A stretch of DNA of 63,414 nucleotides, the filler included, from Octopus bimaculoides (Eukaryota): NCBI RefSeq assembly GCF_001194135.2. It is 5 parts of 5 records of this genome, joined end to end, with 100 filler letters (N's around TTAATTAATTAA, not from the genome) between each part and the next. Parts side by side here need not be neighbours in the genome. Positions count along the whole stretch, not along the records: positions 28,832 to 43,707 come from NC_069005.1; positions 43,808 to 58,867 come from NC_069004.1; 3 more parts are not named here. One strand, given 5' to 3'. Both the position numbers and the translations under genes were made by a program. Shown in pieces: positions 34,700 to 48,156 of this stretch. The notes under the pieces were generated by a model that made no database searches, was not told the origin of the DNA, and worked only from the letters and a program-made list of their open reading frames with translations. Position 1 is the stretch's first letter, and every line of letters begins with the position of its first letter.

Positions 34700-34768
34700 G
34701 TCGACCCGGAAAAGATGAAAGGCAATGTCGACCTCGGCGGAATTTGAACTCAGAACGTAGAGACGGGT
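34700..34768 (-). mobile_element. SINE fragment
   Basis: TCGACCCGGAAAAGATGAAAGGCAATGTCGACCTCGGCGGAATTTGAACTCAGAACG is the reverse complement of a B-box-containing SINE body. Confidence 0.75.
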
Positions 34769-34774
34769 GACATA

Positions 34775-34790
34775 CAATACTACTACTACA

Positions 34791-34840
<50 letters not shown>

Positions 34841-34854
34841 AACTACTACTGCTG

Positions 34855-34908
<54 letters not shown>

Positions 34909-35416
34909 ATAATAATAATAATAATAATAATAATAAGAAGAAGAAGAAGCATGATGATGAAGATGATGATAGTGATGATGACGACGCTAATGATGTGGAT
35001 GATGATGATAAAAATAATATAGAAACAAAAGCGTTTACATAATGATTCTGGCTTCAATGACGTAACATCAATAAAAATTCTAAGCAGTGTTCTACAACAC
35101 AAGAAAAATAGAACATGTGTGTGTGTGTGTAAGTGTGTTTGTGTGTGTGTAAGTGTGTTGGTGTGTCTGTGTGTTTGTGTCTGCGTGCCTGTTCTTGTGT
35201 GTGTGTGTGTGCGTGTGTTTGTATGTATGTTTTTGTGTATATGTGTATGTGTGTGCTTGGGTGGTTGTGTGTGCTTGGGTGGTTGTGTGTTTGAGTCCCT
35301 ATGTGTGTGCTTGTGTATTTGTGCTTGTGTATGTGTGTGTGGTCGTGCTTGCGTGTGCGTATGTGAGTGTGTGTGTGTGTATGTGTGTGTGTGTGTATAA
35401 ACAGGCTGTAGAGAAC

Positions 35417-35515
<99 letters not shown>

Positions 35516-35857
35516 AGAAACAGTATAAACAAAGCGAAGAAATATTCGCAAAACAATCTAAGAATGAATCCCTGAAGGACGACGAATAGAAATAAAATCT
35601 CCCAGATAATAAAACGGGACCAAATAAATTACAATAAACGAAATAATTGAAATCCTCACATTTAACTTAGACAATGATGCATTCGAGTCTGAACAGAATA
35701 AAATATATTTGTTAGAGATAAAAGATTAAGAAACAATGAAATACTCGGAGATAGAATTTACTCATTCGTTTTCTTTTCTCTCTCTCTCTCTCTCACCCTC
35801 GTTCTCTCCATCTCTTTATGTTTATATTTATCTAGCTCTATTTGTCTACCTGTCTGC

Positions 35858-35938
<81 letters not shown>

Positions 35939-36175
35939 CATCTACCTACCTACCTACCTACCTACCTACCTACCTACCTACCTACCTATCTTTCTGTCTG
36001 TCTGTTAGTCTAACTACCTCGCTTTACCTGTCTGTGTATCTCTCTGTCGATCTGTCTTACGTATGTGCATATGTGTATGTGTGTATGTATGTGTATATTT
36101 ATGAATATATATATAGATAAAATTACACCTATGTTTTCATGCATCTATCTATTTATCTATATATCTATCTATCTT

Positions 36176-36214
<39 letters not shown>

Positions 36215-36281
36215 CTATCTAACTATCTTTCTGTCTTTCTCTCTGTCTGTCTATCTGCCTGTCTACCTCTCTATCTATCTA

Positions 36282-36321
<40 letters not shown>

Positions 36322-36567
36322 CCTCTATATCTATCGGCCGATCTCTTATACCTCTATTATTCTCTGTATCTATATTCTCTACTTCTCTCACTTTCTCTCT
36401 TCCCCCTCTCTCACTCCTTTCCAATTAATTTTCTTGCTTTGCTCTCATTCTGTGTCTTTGCCTATAACTCTACTACCTCTCTGTCTCTCTTTTTGCTTTT
36501 TACTTCACTTCCTTTATCCATCTATTCTCCCAGTTTCTCTCCGTTAAGTACCCTCACACACTCCCAC

Positions 36568-36602
<35 letters not shown>

Positions 36603-37375
36603 CATTCTCCTACTCCCCTCACACACTTGTCATGCTTCTCTTTCCGATTCACCCCACCCAACTATTATCTCATGAAAACCTCTTTCTGCACAGTCATTAC
36701 TAACAGAACCATCTTTGGAAATCGCTCTTTAATTATTTCTGATGTCATCAATTAGTTACTCCTTCCACACGCATCTCTCCCTCCCTCTTTCTCTCTCTCT
36801 CTCTCTCTCTCATTATCACTTATCTTTCGTTCTCTTACTCTTTCTTTCTTTCTTCCTTTTTTCTTTCTTTCTCCCTGTCTTTTGTTTCTTATTACTCTCT
36901 TTCCTTCTCTTTCTCACACACAAATACACTGGCGCACGCTCACGCACACACACACACACGCACGCTCACACACACGCACACACACACAAACGCATTGGTA
37001 TGTTGAGTTATTTGACCTATACATTTATACACACATACAGTCACCCGTGCATATCGTCCGCACTAACAACACCACACAAAACCACACACAGACACAGACA
37101 AATCCACGCATGCATACGCATCAACACACATATACACACACTACAATAAATACACATACATGATCGGACATATAAACATGCACATGCACCCCCAAATGCT
37201 CGCATGCATCTTCAAACATGCGCAAAAGTTTCAACTCGGGCATGTCATTCAAGTCGCAAATGTGTGATGTAAACGAACACACACACACAAACACAAACAC
37301 ACACACACACACATACACACACACACACACGCACGCACACACAAAGACACACACACAAATACATACATATATACA
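34775..37375. repeat. Compound microsatellite field: (ACT)n,(AAT)n,(AAG)n,(GAT)n,(GT)n,(GA)n,(CTAT)n,(CTAC)n,(CTGT)n,(CT)n,(CA)n
   Basis: Directly visible; source of most ORF-track hits here. Confidence 0.95.
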
Positions 37376-37845
37376 CAGGTGATATACTGATATGGGATAA
37401 AGAGAAACTGTGTACAGTTGTTGAAATCAGCTGCTCTGTCATTGAATGTTAGCATTAAGCTGAGAAGCAGTGAAAACGAAAAAAACCTACGCTGAACTAT
37501 TGAGAAATCTGCAGTTACTCTATCTAGATTACAAGTTAAGTTTTATACCTGTAATTATTGGAGCCCTGGGATATGTAACACACTGCTTAAATACCAATTT
37601 TCAGAAATTAGGCTTGTCAAAACCAGAATGGAGATAGCTAGTTCGAAGACTACAGATGCAATCCATCACTGGATCTGTAAAAATCTGTAAAACTTTCCAG
37701 ACGTTTATCATTTAAATATATACGAGAATATCTAGGTACGCAACTATATGCATGAAACTGCATACATAAAGCAAACATACAAATCTGCACATATAGATAC
37801 ATAGATGCAAAAATACCCTGTTGTTGATGTCGAAAATCCAACTAG

Positions 37846-38122
37846 TTGTAATTCGATTCATGGTCGTAATTCGAATCATGGTCGTAATTTGATGCATGGA
37901 AACATGATCGTAATTCGATAGATGCAAACGTGGTCGTAATTCGATAGATGCAGACGTGGTCGTAATTTGATACATGATCGTAATTCGATAGATGCAAAAA
38001 TGGTCGTAATTCGATTCATGATTGTAATTGCATTCAAGGTCGTAATTCCATACATGCAAACATGGTCGTAATACGATTCATGGTCGTAATTTGATACATG
38101 CAAATATGTTCGTAATTCGATT
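37846..38122. repeat. Minisatellite: 13 cores (GGT)CGTAATTCGAT with mixed 18- and 26-bp periods
   Basis: Core starts at 37847, 37865, 37883, 37909, 37935, 37961, 37979, 38005, 38023, 38041, 38067, 38085 and 38111. Confidence 0.92.
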
Positions 38123-38204
38123 CAATACTCAGTAATATACATATAGCAATATACATAATCATTTATGAAAATGTAGACATACAAATGCAAACATTATCTT
38201 TTAC

Positions 38205-38592
38205 CTTTGACCTTTTCCTTGTTTCACTCATTAGACTGCGGCCATGCTTGTGTATCACATTGAAAAGTTTTGTCGAACGAATCGACCCCAGTACTTATAA
38301 TTTTTTTTGATGTACGGTACTATTTCTATCTGTCTCATTTGGACGAACACCGAACACCGGTTGTGTATTAGGGATGCGAAATAAATGAAGGCACAAAGAC
38401 CCGCGTATGCAGACACGAACGCGCGCATAGACACGCGCACACACACGGAACATCAATGCGCGCACACAGACATACATACGACGGGTTTCTTTCAGTTTCC
38501 GTCAATCAAATCAAGACTTTTGTTCACCCGACGCTATAGCAGAAGACATTTTCCTAAGGTACCACGCAGTCGAATTGAATCTAGAGCCACGC
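38205..38592 (-). mobile_element. tRNA-derived SINE, near full length with internal (CA)-like tract
   Basis: Tail CTTGTTTCACTCATTAGACTGCGGCCATGC..., body GAATCGACCCCAGTACT, head ...CTATAGCAGAAGACA...GGTACCACGCAG... Confidence 0.75.
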
Positions 38593-40490
38593 CTGCGCAT
38601 GAACATTCTGCGATATAAACGTGCACGTTTAAAACAGAATTGAAAAAAAATAAAGCAAGTAGACCAATGAATAATGATATAAATACAGTTGAATCCTTGG
38701 AAATAGAAGAATTTTCAAATTTCCTTCTTAAAGAAAGGAATCTAACACTTAACGATAGTTGTTAACAACAATTAGCGGAAAGCGAGGCATTTTACAACTT
38801 TGCCGCATAATTTCAATAAATACGATTGTCAGTTTGTCGCTCAGCGGAATCATAATCAATGTCATTAGAAATTTAGTCTCGAGTATCAGTAGAAGAATCT
38901 CTAATTTGCTATCGAACACAGAGATCTTCAACAGGGTCTCGATATAACGAGGCATTAGTAAAGGATAGTATTATCGGTACCCTGATGTGATGAACGTTAC
39001 ACATCCATTTCTGAACAAATAGAAAGTCTGGAAAGGAAACATTATCTGATTGAAATCGCCATTCAAATTAGTAATTTCCTCTAAGATAGCTAGGGGCTTC
39101 TTCACGCTAATTAAAGAAGCATTTCCCCACTGCACATAAATATTATAAACTCTTCAATCTCTCGCAATGTCAAAGACAGCTACTTCTGTTTAGATAACAT
39201 CAATTCAAACATCATACACTACAAAAGACGAAATCTCACTACTATAAACCAGCACAACACAACTTGAAACTGCGGAACTCCTACCGACTGTCCACTACAA
39301 CGTTCCTACTTCTCAAAGGTTGTAATCTATAGAATTACTCACACTATAGAATTACTATCTATAGAATTACTCGGATGATATCACAACACACTACACAGAC
39401 CCGACAACCAATAAATTAAGGGATGGCATTCTTTCAGGTGCAGCCAAATGGAGAATTCTGTATTCATGCTTCGTTTCATCTCTTGATTCCGTAACATTCT
39501 AAATGACTTCCCTAGCATTAAATGAATTACTCAGCTTGTGCTAGCATTTGCCGACTTTATATCCATAAAAACCAACACATGTTCTACCATCCTAGATTAT
39601 CCGTCAGTAGGAAGAATAAGACCATACTATTACATGCACGTCCTGACAATGAACTTAAAATCGCTGGCCACAGAAAACCGACATATGCAACCCTAGCCTA
39701 GCTGTAGAACACACTGAAGAAGTACATTTGATCCGTGCTACCCGTATGCATTGCAAACTAACTATGTTCATTATGTAACCTCAGTTGCTACCTAGCGTTT
39801 CCAAATGTGGTCAAACACACGTAAAGACTGGTGCCGTTAGTATCTTCATACTCGACTGCAATTTGAGCTACTGAATCGCAACAATATATTCGATGCCTAA
39901 CAGAAGAAACTGGGTCACTGAATACGCTGTGGCACAGCCTGCGGCCAAAGTGCCACCATCATCCGGTCAACATTTTATCCGAAGAACTGGGCTTAAAAAT
40001 AATTTTAAAAAAAGCAGCTGGTTAATCTTTGAGAGCATAAATGCAGCTGATTAATACAGGCATAAAATGCTATTAAACATTTTGAATTTTTCTCAAACTT
40101 TCTATTCTAATTCCGAGAATGTTTTCTACTTACTCATGGAAGTTTAAAATGTGTAGGGCTGGGGGAGTCGACAGAAATCATAGACAAGCCTCATCTGTAA
40201 CAAGTCTTTCATCCTGATAACTTAGTAGCTTCTAAGTGGAGGAAGGGCAACAATGTTCTCTGTCCATCTCTTTAGCCTCTTGGAGATTTTAGGTATAATT
40301 ATACTAATATGTCCATTAGTTTTAATTTAATTAAATTCTACATCTTTGTGCAGCTGACAATTGCTCTGCATTTAAATTGATGTAATAGTTGCATTGTTCA
40401 ATTAAATCGAGATGCGTGAAACGATCGTACTGCATTACCTCTGGATATACTTGTTGCTGATTTTGATATATATGTATATATATATATATT

Positions 40491-40539
40491 TATAGTTTTA
40501 GGGAAAATAACCAAGTTTCAAGAACTCATCGATGAAAAT
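40491..40539. repeat. 49-bp sequence identical to the reverse complement of 61317-61365
   Basis: TATAGTTTTAGGGAAAATAACCAAGTTTCAAGAACTCATCGATGAAAAT; both copies abut (AT)n. Confidence 0.9.
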
Positions 40540-40602
40540 ATCTATTTATCTACTTATCTATCTGTCTATCTAACTAACTAATACACTCTCTCTCTCTCTT
40601 TC

Positions 40603-40652
<50 letters not shown>

Positions 40653-41624
40653 GATCTTTTCAATACATATATATACACATACCCTCTCTACATGCTCATA
40701 AACGTACGCACATCAATTACATTGTTGCTGATATATCATAACATTCTATACATTTAAATACATTTGAATTTAAAGCATAAAATAATCTCTTTCACGCTAA
40801 ACATGTCCACACCGAAGCTCATATATCTTCGAGAAGCATCATATATTTTCTTTTAATCAACGAAACACGAAGATGAAGATGAACAAGATGAAATATATAT
40901 TTTCTCATATTGTTACACATACACATACATATATACACACACACGCACATCACTGTTAAATATAATGTATATTTTCCGTTCTGCACGTATATACGTATAT
41001 TTTCCAGTGACTTATGTATCCGTATCTCCACTTATACGCACACAGACACGCACACACACACACACACACATATCTATAGAGATAGATATATGTATACAAA
41101 ATAAATATTTACAGATTTACAGATAGATAGATATATTAATACATACATACATACATACATATATATANNNNNNNNNNNNNNNNNNNNNNNNNNNNNNNNN
41201 NNNNNNNNNNNNNNNNNNNNNNNNNNNNNNNNNNNNNNNNNNNNNNNNNNNNNNNNNNNNNNNNNNNNNNNNNNNNNNNNNNNNNNNNNNNNNNNNNNNN
41301 NNNNNNNNNNNNNNNNNNNNNNNNNNNNNNNNNNNNNNNNNNNNNNNNNNNNNNNNNNNNNNNNNNNNNNNNNNNNNNNNNNNNNNNNNNNNNNNNNNNN
41401 NNNNNNNNNNNNNNNNNNNNNNNNNNNNNNNNNNNNNNNNNNNNNNNNNNNNNNNNNNNNNNNNNNNNNNNNNNNNNNNNNNNNNNNNNNNNNNNNNNNN
41501 NNNNNNNNNNNNNNNNNNNNNNNNNNNNNNNNNNNNNNNNNNNNNNNNNNNNNNNNNNNNNNNNNNNNNNNNNNNNATATACATATATATTTATATATTT
41601 ACATTTCTAGACACACACACACAC

Positions 41625-41665
<41 letters not shown>

Positions 41666-43432
41666 CATACATACATATATATACATACATACATACATAC
41701 ATACATAAATAAAAAAAAAACATACGTTCCTATACGCACACGTACATTTAAATATATAAACACATACGTGTGTATCCCTGTATACGTGTGTCTACCTTTC
41801 CGCATCTATGCACTAAAGTATTAATCACCTATTTTTCCAAAACAATTATCAATCTCACACGTGCGGAAGAAGTCTATTTAATGGGGAGTTAATTATGAAA
41901 AACGTACCTCACTCCTCAATCGCCAACACCCACCCCCTCGCACAAGAAATCTAACGTTTGTGGTTGTGCTTTCCTGTCTTCCCTCCGGCTAATTTGAAAT
42001 CATTTGAAGAGATTTCCACTGGTGAACCTTTCGTTTAATGTGATGAGAGCAGTTGTCAGCTAATATGCGATTATATATTAACGAAAGCTATATTCTATTA
42101 CACGATTAAATGCTTTACTACCGCTACAGAAAAATTCTCCATCATATCGACCTCACCTACAGTTAGTTTTCTAAATATTACTTTGTTGTATATTTTTTTA
42201 ATCATGAATATGATGATTTCACACACACACACAAACACACACTTATATGCATATATGCATGTATGTATAAATATATATACATATTTCAACATGTATAAAT
42301 CACATCGCCATGAAAATGTTCTGTTATGGTCAAGACATGATCACACACTACATACTTTCCTTCCAAGCACTGCCGTAAAATGCTGAAGTGCGCTAGAACT
42401 CTAAGTCTTAATGCGTATGCACACCAANNNNNNNNNNNNNNNNNNNNNNNNNNNNNNNNNNNNNNNNNNNNNNNNNNNNNNNNNNNNNNNNNNNNNNNNN
42501 NNNNNNNNNNNNNNNNNNNNNNNNNNNNNNNNNNNNNNNNNNNNNNNNNNNNNNNNNNNNNNNNNNNNNNNNNNNNNNNNNNNNNNNNNNNNNNNNNNNN
42601 NNNNNNNNNNNNNNNNNNNNNNNNNNNNNNNNNNNNNNNNNNNNNNNNNNNNNNNNNNNNNNNNNNNNNNNNNNNNNNNNNNNNNNNNNNNNNNNNNNNN
42701 NNNNNNNNNNNNNNNNNNNNNNNNNNNNNNNNNNNNNNNNNNNNNNNNNNNNNNNNNNNNNNNNNNNCCTCGCCCTTTATTCTGGTGGCAGTCATCTTCG
42801 TAGGGTACGGGTCTGTTCATTTCTAGTGTTAAATGCTTTTGCACGTGTAGTTTCTCGTATATTTTGTGTAACAAGTTTAAAGTACGTATGACGTACGTAC
42901 TTCCCGACCGGGTGCCCTTGAGAAAAACACTTGGGTAAAACACTTCATCTCACGTTGCTTTCTGATCATTTTGACACTTGACGTCTGAATATGTATGTGT
43001 GTGTGTGTATGTGTGCACCCAATATTTGTCACACATCCATGTACACAAATACATATGGCTATGTGACAAAAATGTCATGATGACAAATAAAGAGTTTCAA
43101 CGTGCGAAAATATATTACTCCAGTATTAATTCACGTTTATCAAATTTATATAAATTTATATATTATTCCAGCGAAGTAACAGACGTTGTTTTGTTTAAAA
43201 AATAAATATCTGTTAAGTAATATATAATCATTTCCAACAGCGATAGCAAAGGCAAAATCTACGATGGCGAATTTGGCACTTTTTCTCCTTCTCCTAAGTG
43301 GTACGTTATTATAAGCTATATTTTCTATATTATTTATTTTCTTTGTAATTATCTCTCTCTCTCTCTTTCTCTCTCTCTCACACACACACACATATATATA
43401 TATACATACACAAGCAAACACACAACCCCACC

Positions 43433-43469
<37 letters not shown>

Positions 43470-43536
43470 TCTCTTCTCTCTCTCTATATATATATCTATG
43501 TATGCATGTATGTATGTATGTATGTATGTATGTATG

Positions 43537-43596
<60 letters not shown>

Positions 43597-43600
43597 CATA

Positions 43601-43652
<52 letters not shown>

Positions 43653-43656
43653 CATA

Positions 43657-43707
<51 letters not shown>

Positions 43708-43807
43708 NNNNNNNNNNNNNNNNNNNNNNNNNNNNNNNNNNNNNNNNNNNNTTAATTAATTAANNNNNNNNNNNNNNNNNNNNNNNNNNNNNNNNNNNNN
43801 NNNNNNN

Positions 43808-43843
<36 letters not shown>

Positions 43844-43954
43844 TGCTAATACAAGACCCACATTAGACTCCTTACTCGTATCACTATCGAACCAAGAGTT
43901 TAACTACGGTCTGTCCATAGCACTTACTTAGCGTTACGTGCCACTCTTTGGGTC

Positions 43955-44036
43955 TTCTAGATACCAATGTGTCTCACGCAGCGGGACTGAACTCTGAACC
44001 ATGTGGTTGGGAAGCAACCTTCTTACCGCTTGCGTC
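43955..44036 (-). mobile_element. SINE head fragment
   Basis: CACGCAGCGGGACTGAACTCTGAACCATGTGGTTGGGAAGCAACCTTCTTACC is the reverse complement of the 13253 family head. Confidence 0.75.
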
Positions 44037-44526
44037 TATAATGTTAAAATATATAAAAAATATTAGAAGAAAAGAAAACAAAGCAAAAAAACAAACACTC
44101 AAGCAGCAAAGAAACAAAAAGCGCTCCACCGATTCGGACTTATAAATATTGATATAATCATTAATTAATGCTAAAGAATTTCGAAGAATTTCGAAAGATA
44201 AGTTTGGAATCAAGTGCTGTTTTCTTACTTCGTACGGAATAGTAGAAATGTCCATTGTTTACGTTGGAGAACGTTTTATATGGAAGGAGATAAAGAGAGG
44301 AAAAAGATATGGAAGGCGATAAAGAAATAAGAAAAAAATTCTGGCGAGATATTTTTTCTCAATTGTCGCTGACTTTATTTATTTTGTTTTTATTTGCATT
44401 GTTTTGTTGTTAAGTTCCACCCGAGGCCATCTGTACGAAAGAATAAATATTGAAGAATACAGACACCCAAACATAAACGCAAACGCACAGATACATATAT
44501 GCATAGGCACACACATGCACAAGCTC

Positions 44527-44592
<66 letters not shown>

Positions 44593-45199
44593 GTGTGTAT
44601 ATGTATGTGTATATATATGTACAAAATATATGTATGTGTGTGCTTATATATATATATATGTGTGTGTGTATGTATGTGTATATGTCTACCTACCTACCTA
44701 CCTACCTATCTGTCTGTATATATGTGTATACAGTGTTTCCTTGAAGTTGTTTATTACTCCAGTGTATTCTCTGTTGATACTGTAAAACAAGTCATAGTCA
44801 GCTTCCACTGAATGAACCTGGCGTTGCAGTTTCGAATCCTGATTGAAACCGATCTAATGTTTCTTCATCGATCACGCCCTCTGATCACGTTAGACGTGAC
44901 ATGGTGGTGGTGGTGGTGGTGTCGCCCGTTGCTGTTCATTGTTTTAGTAGAATGTTAGAGATGGTGGGGGTGGTGATTGTATTTGTTGTGGTGGGGTTAA
45001 TACTGTTGTTGTTGTTATCGTCGGTAATGGTGTTGATGGTGGTGGGGGTCGTTCGAGATGGTGGTGGTTATTGGCGATAGCTAGGGTGATGTAGATGGTA
45101 TCAGTTCGCGTGGTGATGGTGGGGTGTCCTTCAGGGACTGAGCTCATCAGTTCCCTTTGAGTATCGTTTTCAGTGGGAACCCATAGTGTGGAAGGGGTT

Positions 45200-46360
45200 A
45201 GTGTGGCGATGTACAGAGAAGAATTACTACAATTGGTGCTCCCGAGTATTTTTAGCCAATGATCTGCGTGAATGGAGAGGGTGATAGCTATTGTGTCGGC
45301 AACTGAAAAGTTATTCAAGAGGAATTTGTTCATATACCTGCAAGTGAACGATATCTCAGCCTTCTTTTTTTGTTCAGTATATGGAAGACTTTGTGATACG
45401 GTTAATGGCAGCATAGCGCCATTATATTTATATTTTACGGGCCAATGGTCAAACTGAGTCCGGCCAGGCTCTTGAGACGCTGTCGATAAGGTGTTCTAAT
45501 TGTTCTTTGCAGTGTGGTGCCAAACTTCCTTTGTTTACAAAATAGCAAGTCCCTGATCGGCAATTCACCTATCTTAGCGTTGGTTCTCAATCGGGACAGG
45601 CTAAGTAGCTTCCCGTTCGGTCTGTTGTGAGGGCAGACACCATCAGTTGATATGCTAAGCGCTTGCTTAAATATGACTACTAAGAAGAGGCTGAATAGGG
45701 TGAGGGCAGACAAAACACACAGCCTACTTCATGCCGTTGTGCATGTCGGAAAGTTCCGAAGAGACACCGTCAATCTACGGCATTTATATCTGTGTAAAAT
45801 GATTGAACTATCTTGGAGAACTTCAGCTTTCTTTTTTGTTCAGCATAAGGAAGACTTTTTGATACGATTAATGGCAGTGGAGCGCCATTATATTTATATT
45901 TATAATCGCAATAGGATATAAAGACCGTCTGTACTGAAACAGACAAAGGCCATCGCCACGAGGGAGAAAAAAAAAGTTTTCTCCCTTTGCTATCTACATA
46001 TCTTGTGTCGCTGTCGAAGGAAGAACTCGCTTTGATTGTGAGATATTCTTGCCTAAAAACCGCACAGAATCCTGGGATGAACCCTTTCGGCGATTTTCAG
46101 CTGTCTATTGAGGACCACTCTGGTAAGTGACCTCGTAAAGAGTTTCTCTCGTAATTGTTACAGACGCTTCTGTCATTTTGTTCTTATCCAGGATGACAAT
46201 GTTGCTGTCTTGTCTAGTCTTGTAGCACTGATCCTCCTTTTAAGCGCTGACAGAATGGACCCGACAAGTGGTTTAACAGGACGGCTTCTCCCGCACCTGA
46301 TGGCCTCTGATGAACTCCCATCTTGCCCTGTTGTCTTGCCAGGGGACAAGCTGCTGAGGG
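45200..46360 (-). mobile_element. RTE-clade (BovB-like) LINE RT region, decayed
   Basis: LSPGKTTGQDG, IVILDKNK...NY, VLNRQLKIAERVHPRILCGF, DGLYILL, SKIVQSFY..DGVSSE...NGMK, TLFSLF...DGVCPHNRPNGKLLSLSRLR...IRDLLF, GLSLTI. Confidence 0.85.
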
Positions 46361-46368
46361 TATGATAG

Positions 46369-46650
46369 GCTAGTAGCTTAGTGGTTACGATATTCGGTTC
46401 ACGATCGTAAGGACCTGAGATCGAATTCCGGCGGTGCGTTGTGCCCTTGAGCCAGACGCTTTATTTCACGTTGTTCCAGTCCGTTCAGCTGACAAAAATG
46501 AGCTGTACCTGTAATTCAATGAGGGCCAGCATTGTCACATACTTTGTCATGCTGAATCTCCCTGAGAACTACGCATGTCGGTGGAACACGTTAATTTCCC
46601 AAGCGTTGATACAATCAACAGGAGCACACATCGTCGTAAACGACGGAAAA
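46369..46650 (+). mobile_element. tRNA-derived SINE
   Basis: TAGCTTAGTGGTTA A box, GAGATCGAATTCC B box, then GTTGTGCCCTTGAGC...TTTATTTCACGTTG. Confidence 0.75.
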
Positions 46651-46789
46651 CCAGGTGGGCACCCTATGACGTGTAGCGCACTATTCGAGACACCTTTAAC
46701 TATGAATAGTGCGTTAATTTTCTCTCCATATTCTTCGCTTGGTGGACGTGTTTTTCGGTAATTCAATGCTTTCGCAAAACTGTAGCTAA

Positions 46790-47650
46790 TCGTAGTGGTG
46801 GTGGTGGTGGTGGTGGGGATTGTACTGGTGTTTGTAGCGGTGGCGGCTGTGGTTGTGGTAATGGTGGTGTTGTAGTTGATGTCGATACGGACCTCTTGTT
46901 ATTATTTCTATGTCTTTGTTGTTGTTATTGTTTGTATTGATGGTTCTGATGACGACGATTACGGTGATGATGATGATGATGATGATGATGAGGACGATGA
47001 TGATGATGAAGACGATGATGATGATGATGAAGATTGTGATGATGATGACGATTATGATGATGACGATGATGAAAATTGTGATGATGATGACGATTATGAT
47101 GATGATGATGATGATGACGATGATGATGAAGATTGTGATGATGATGATGACGATTATGATGATGATGATGATGACGATGATGATGAAGATTGTGATGATG
47201 ATGATGACGATTATGATGATGATGATGATGACGATGATGATGAAGACGATGATGATGATGATGATGACGATTACGATGATGAGGACGATGATGACGATTA
47301 TGATGACCATGATTCTGATGATAGTGATGGTAATGGTGATGCTGGTGTTGGTCACGACGATGACTATGACGATGATGATGATGACGACGACGACGGTGAC
47401 GTCACTTTTGTTGTTGCTGTTGTCATTGTTATTGCTGCCTTCGTTGTTGATTTCGTTCCTGTTTTTTTTTTCTATGTTGTTGTTGTTATCGATGTTGTTG
47501 TTGTTGTTGTTTCTAAATCTTGTTGCATTTGGTACATTTTTTGTTGTTCTCGTTCTTGTTGTCGATGTTTGATGTTGTTGATGTTGTTATTGTTGTTGCT
47601 ATAGTTCTTGTAGTTGTTGTTGTTGTTGTTGTTGTTGTTGTCGTTGTCGA
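46790..47650. repeat. Trinucleotide mosaic (GGT/GAT/GAC/GTT) with higher-order GAAGATTGT...GATTAT units
   Basis: Directly visible; the poly-D/poly-M/poly-I ORFs here are frame readings of it. Confidence 0.92.
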
Positions 47651-47781
47651 TGCTTCAGTTGTGAAACTGTGCCTCTCCTCGCCTGCCCCTCCCCTCCAAA
47701 TTTAATACGTTCCGCTGAGTTAGTTTCTGTCTCGCAGCCATTTACTAACATGGAATGGTTGACGCCTGGAATTGTGTGTGC

Positions 47782-47815
<34 letters not shown>

Positions 47816-48156
47816 CTGTGTGTGTGTGTGTTGGTATGCGTATGTATGTGCTTTATGTGTGTTTATGCGTGTATATCGATGTATGTGTTGTGTGTGTGTG
47901 TGTGGAATGTGTGTATCTATATGTTGTGTAGGCTTGTGTATATATGTGTATATATTCTGTCTGTGTGTTGGTATGCGCATGTATCATATGCTGCGTGGAT
48001 GTGTCTGCGTTTATATCGATGAATGCGTGTGTGTCTCTGTGTGTAGGTATGTCTGTGTATTTGGATATATGTGTGAATGTGTGTGTTTCCCGAAACATGT
48101 TTGACGTCACATGGTGTCAGGTGATGACGGAGTGTCCTGGATCCAAAGAGATGAAC

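Noticed and set aside
37846-38122. CRISPR-like appearance of the repeat array
   Set aside because: The intervening sequences are only a few nt and are themselves conserved; there are no cas genes and the context is eukaryotic.
38880-39960. Possible very old LINE fragment
   Set aside because: Only vague similarity; no diagnostic motif recovered by hand.
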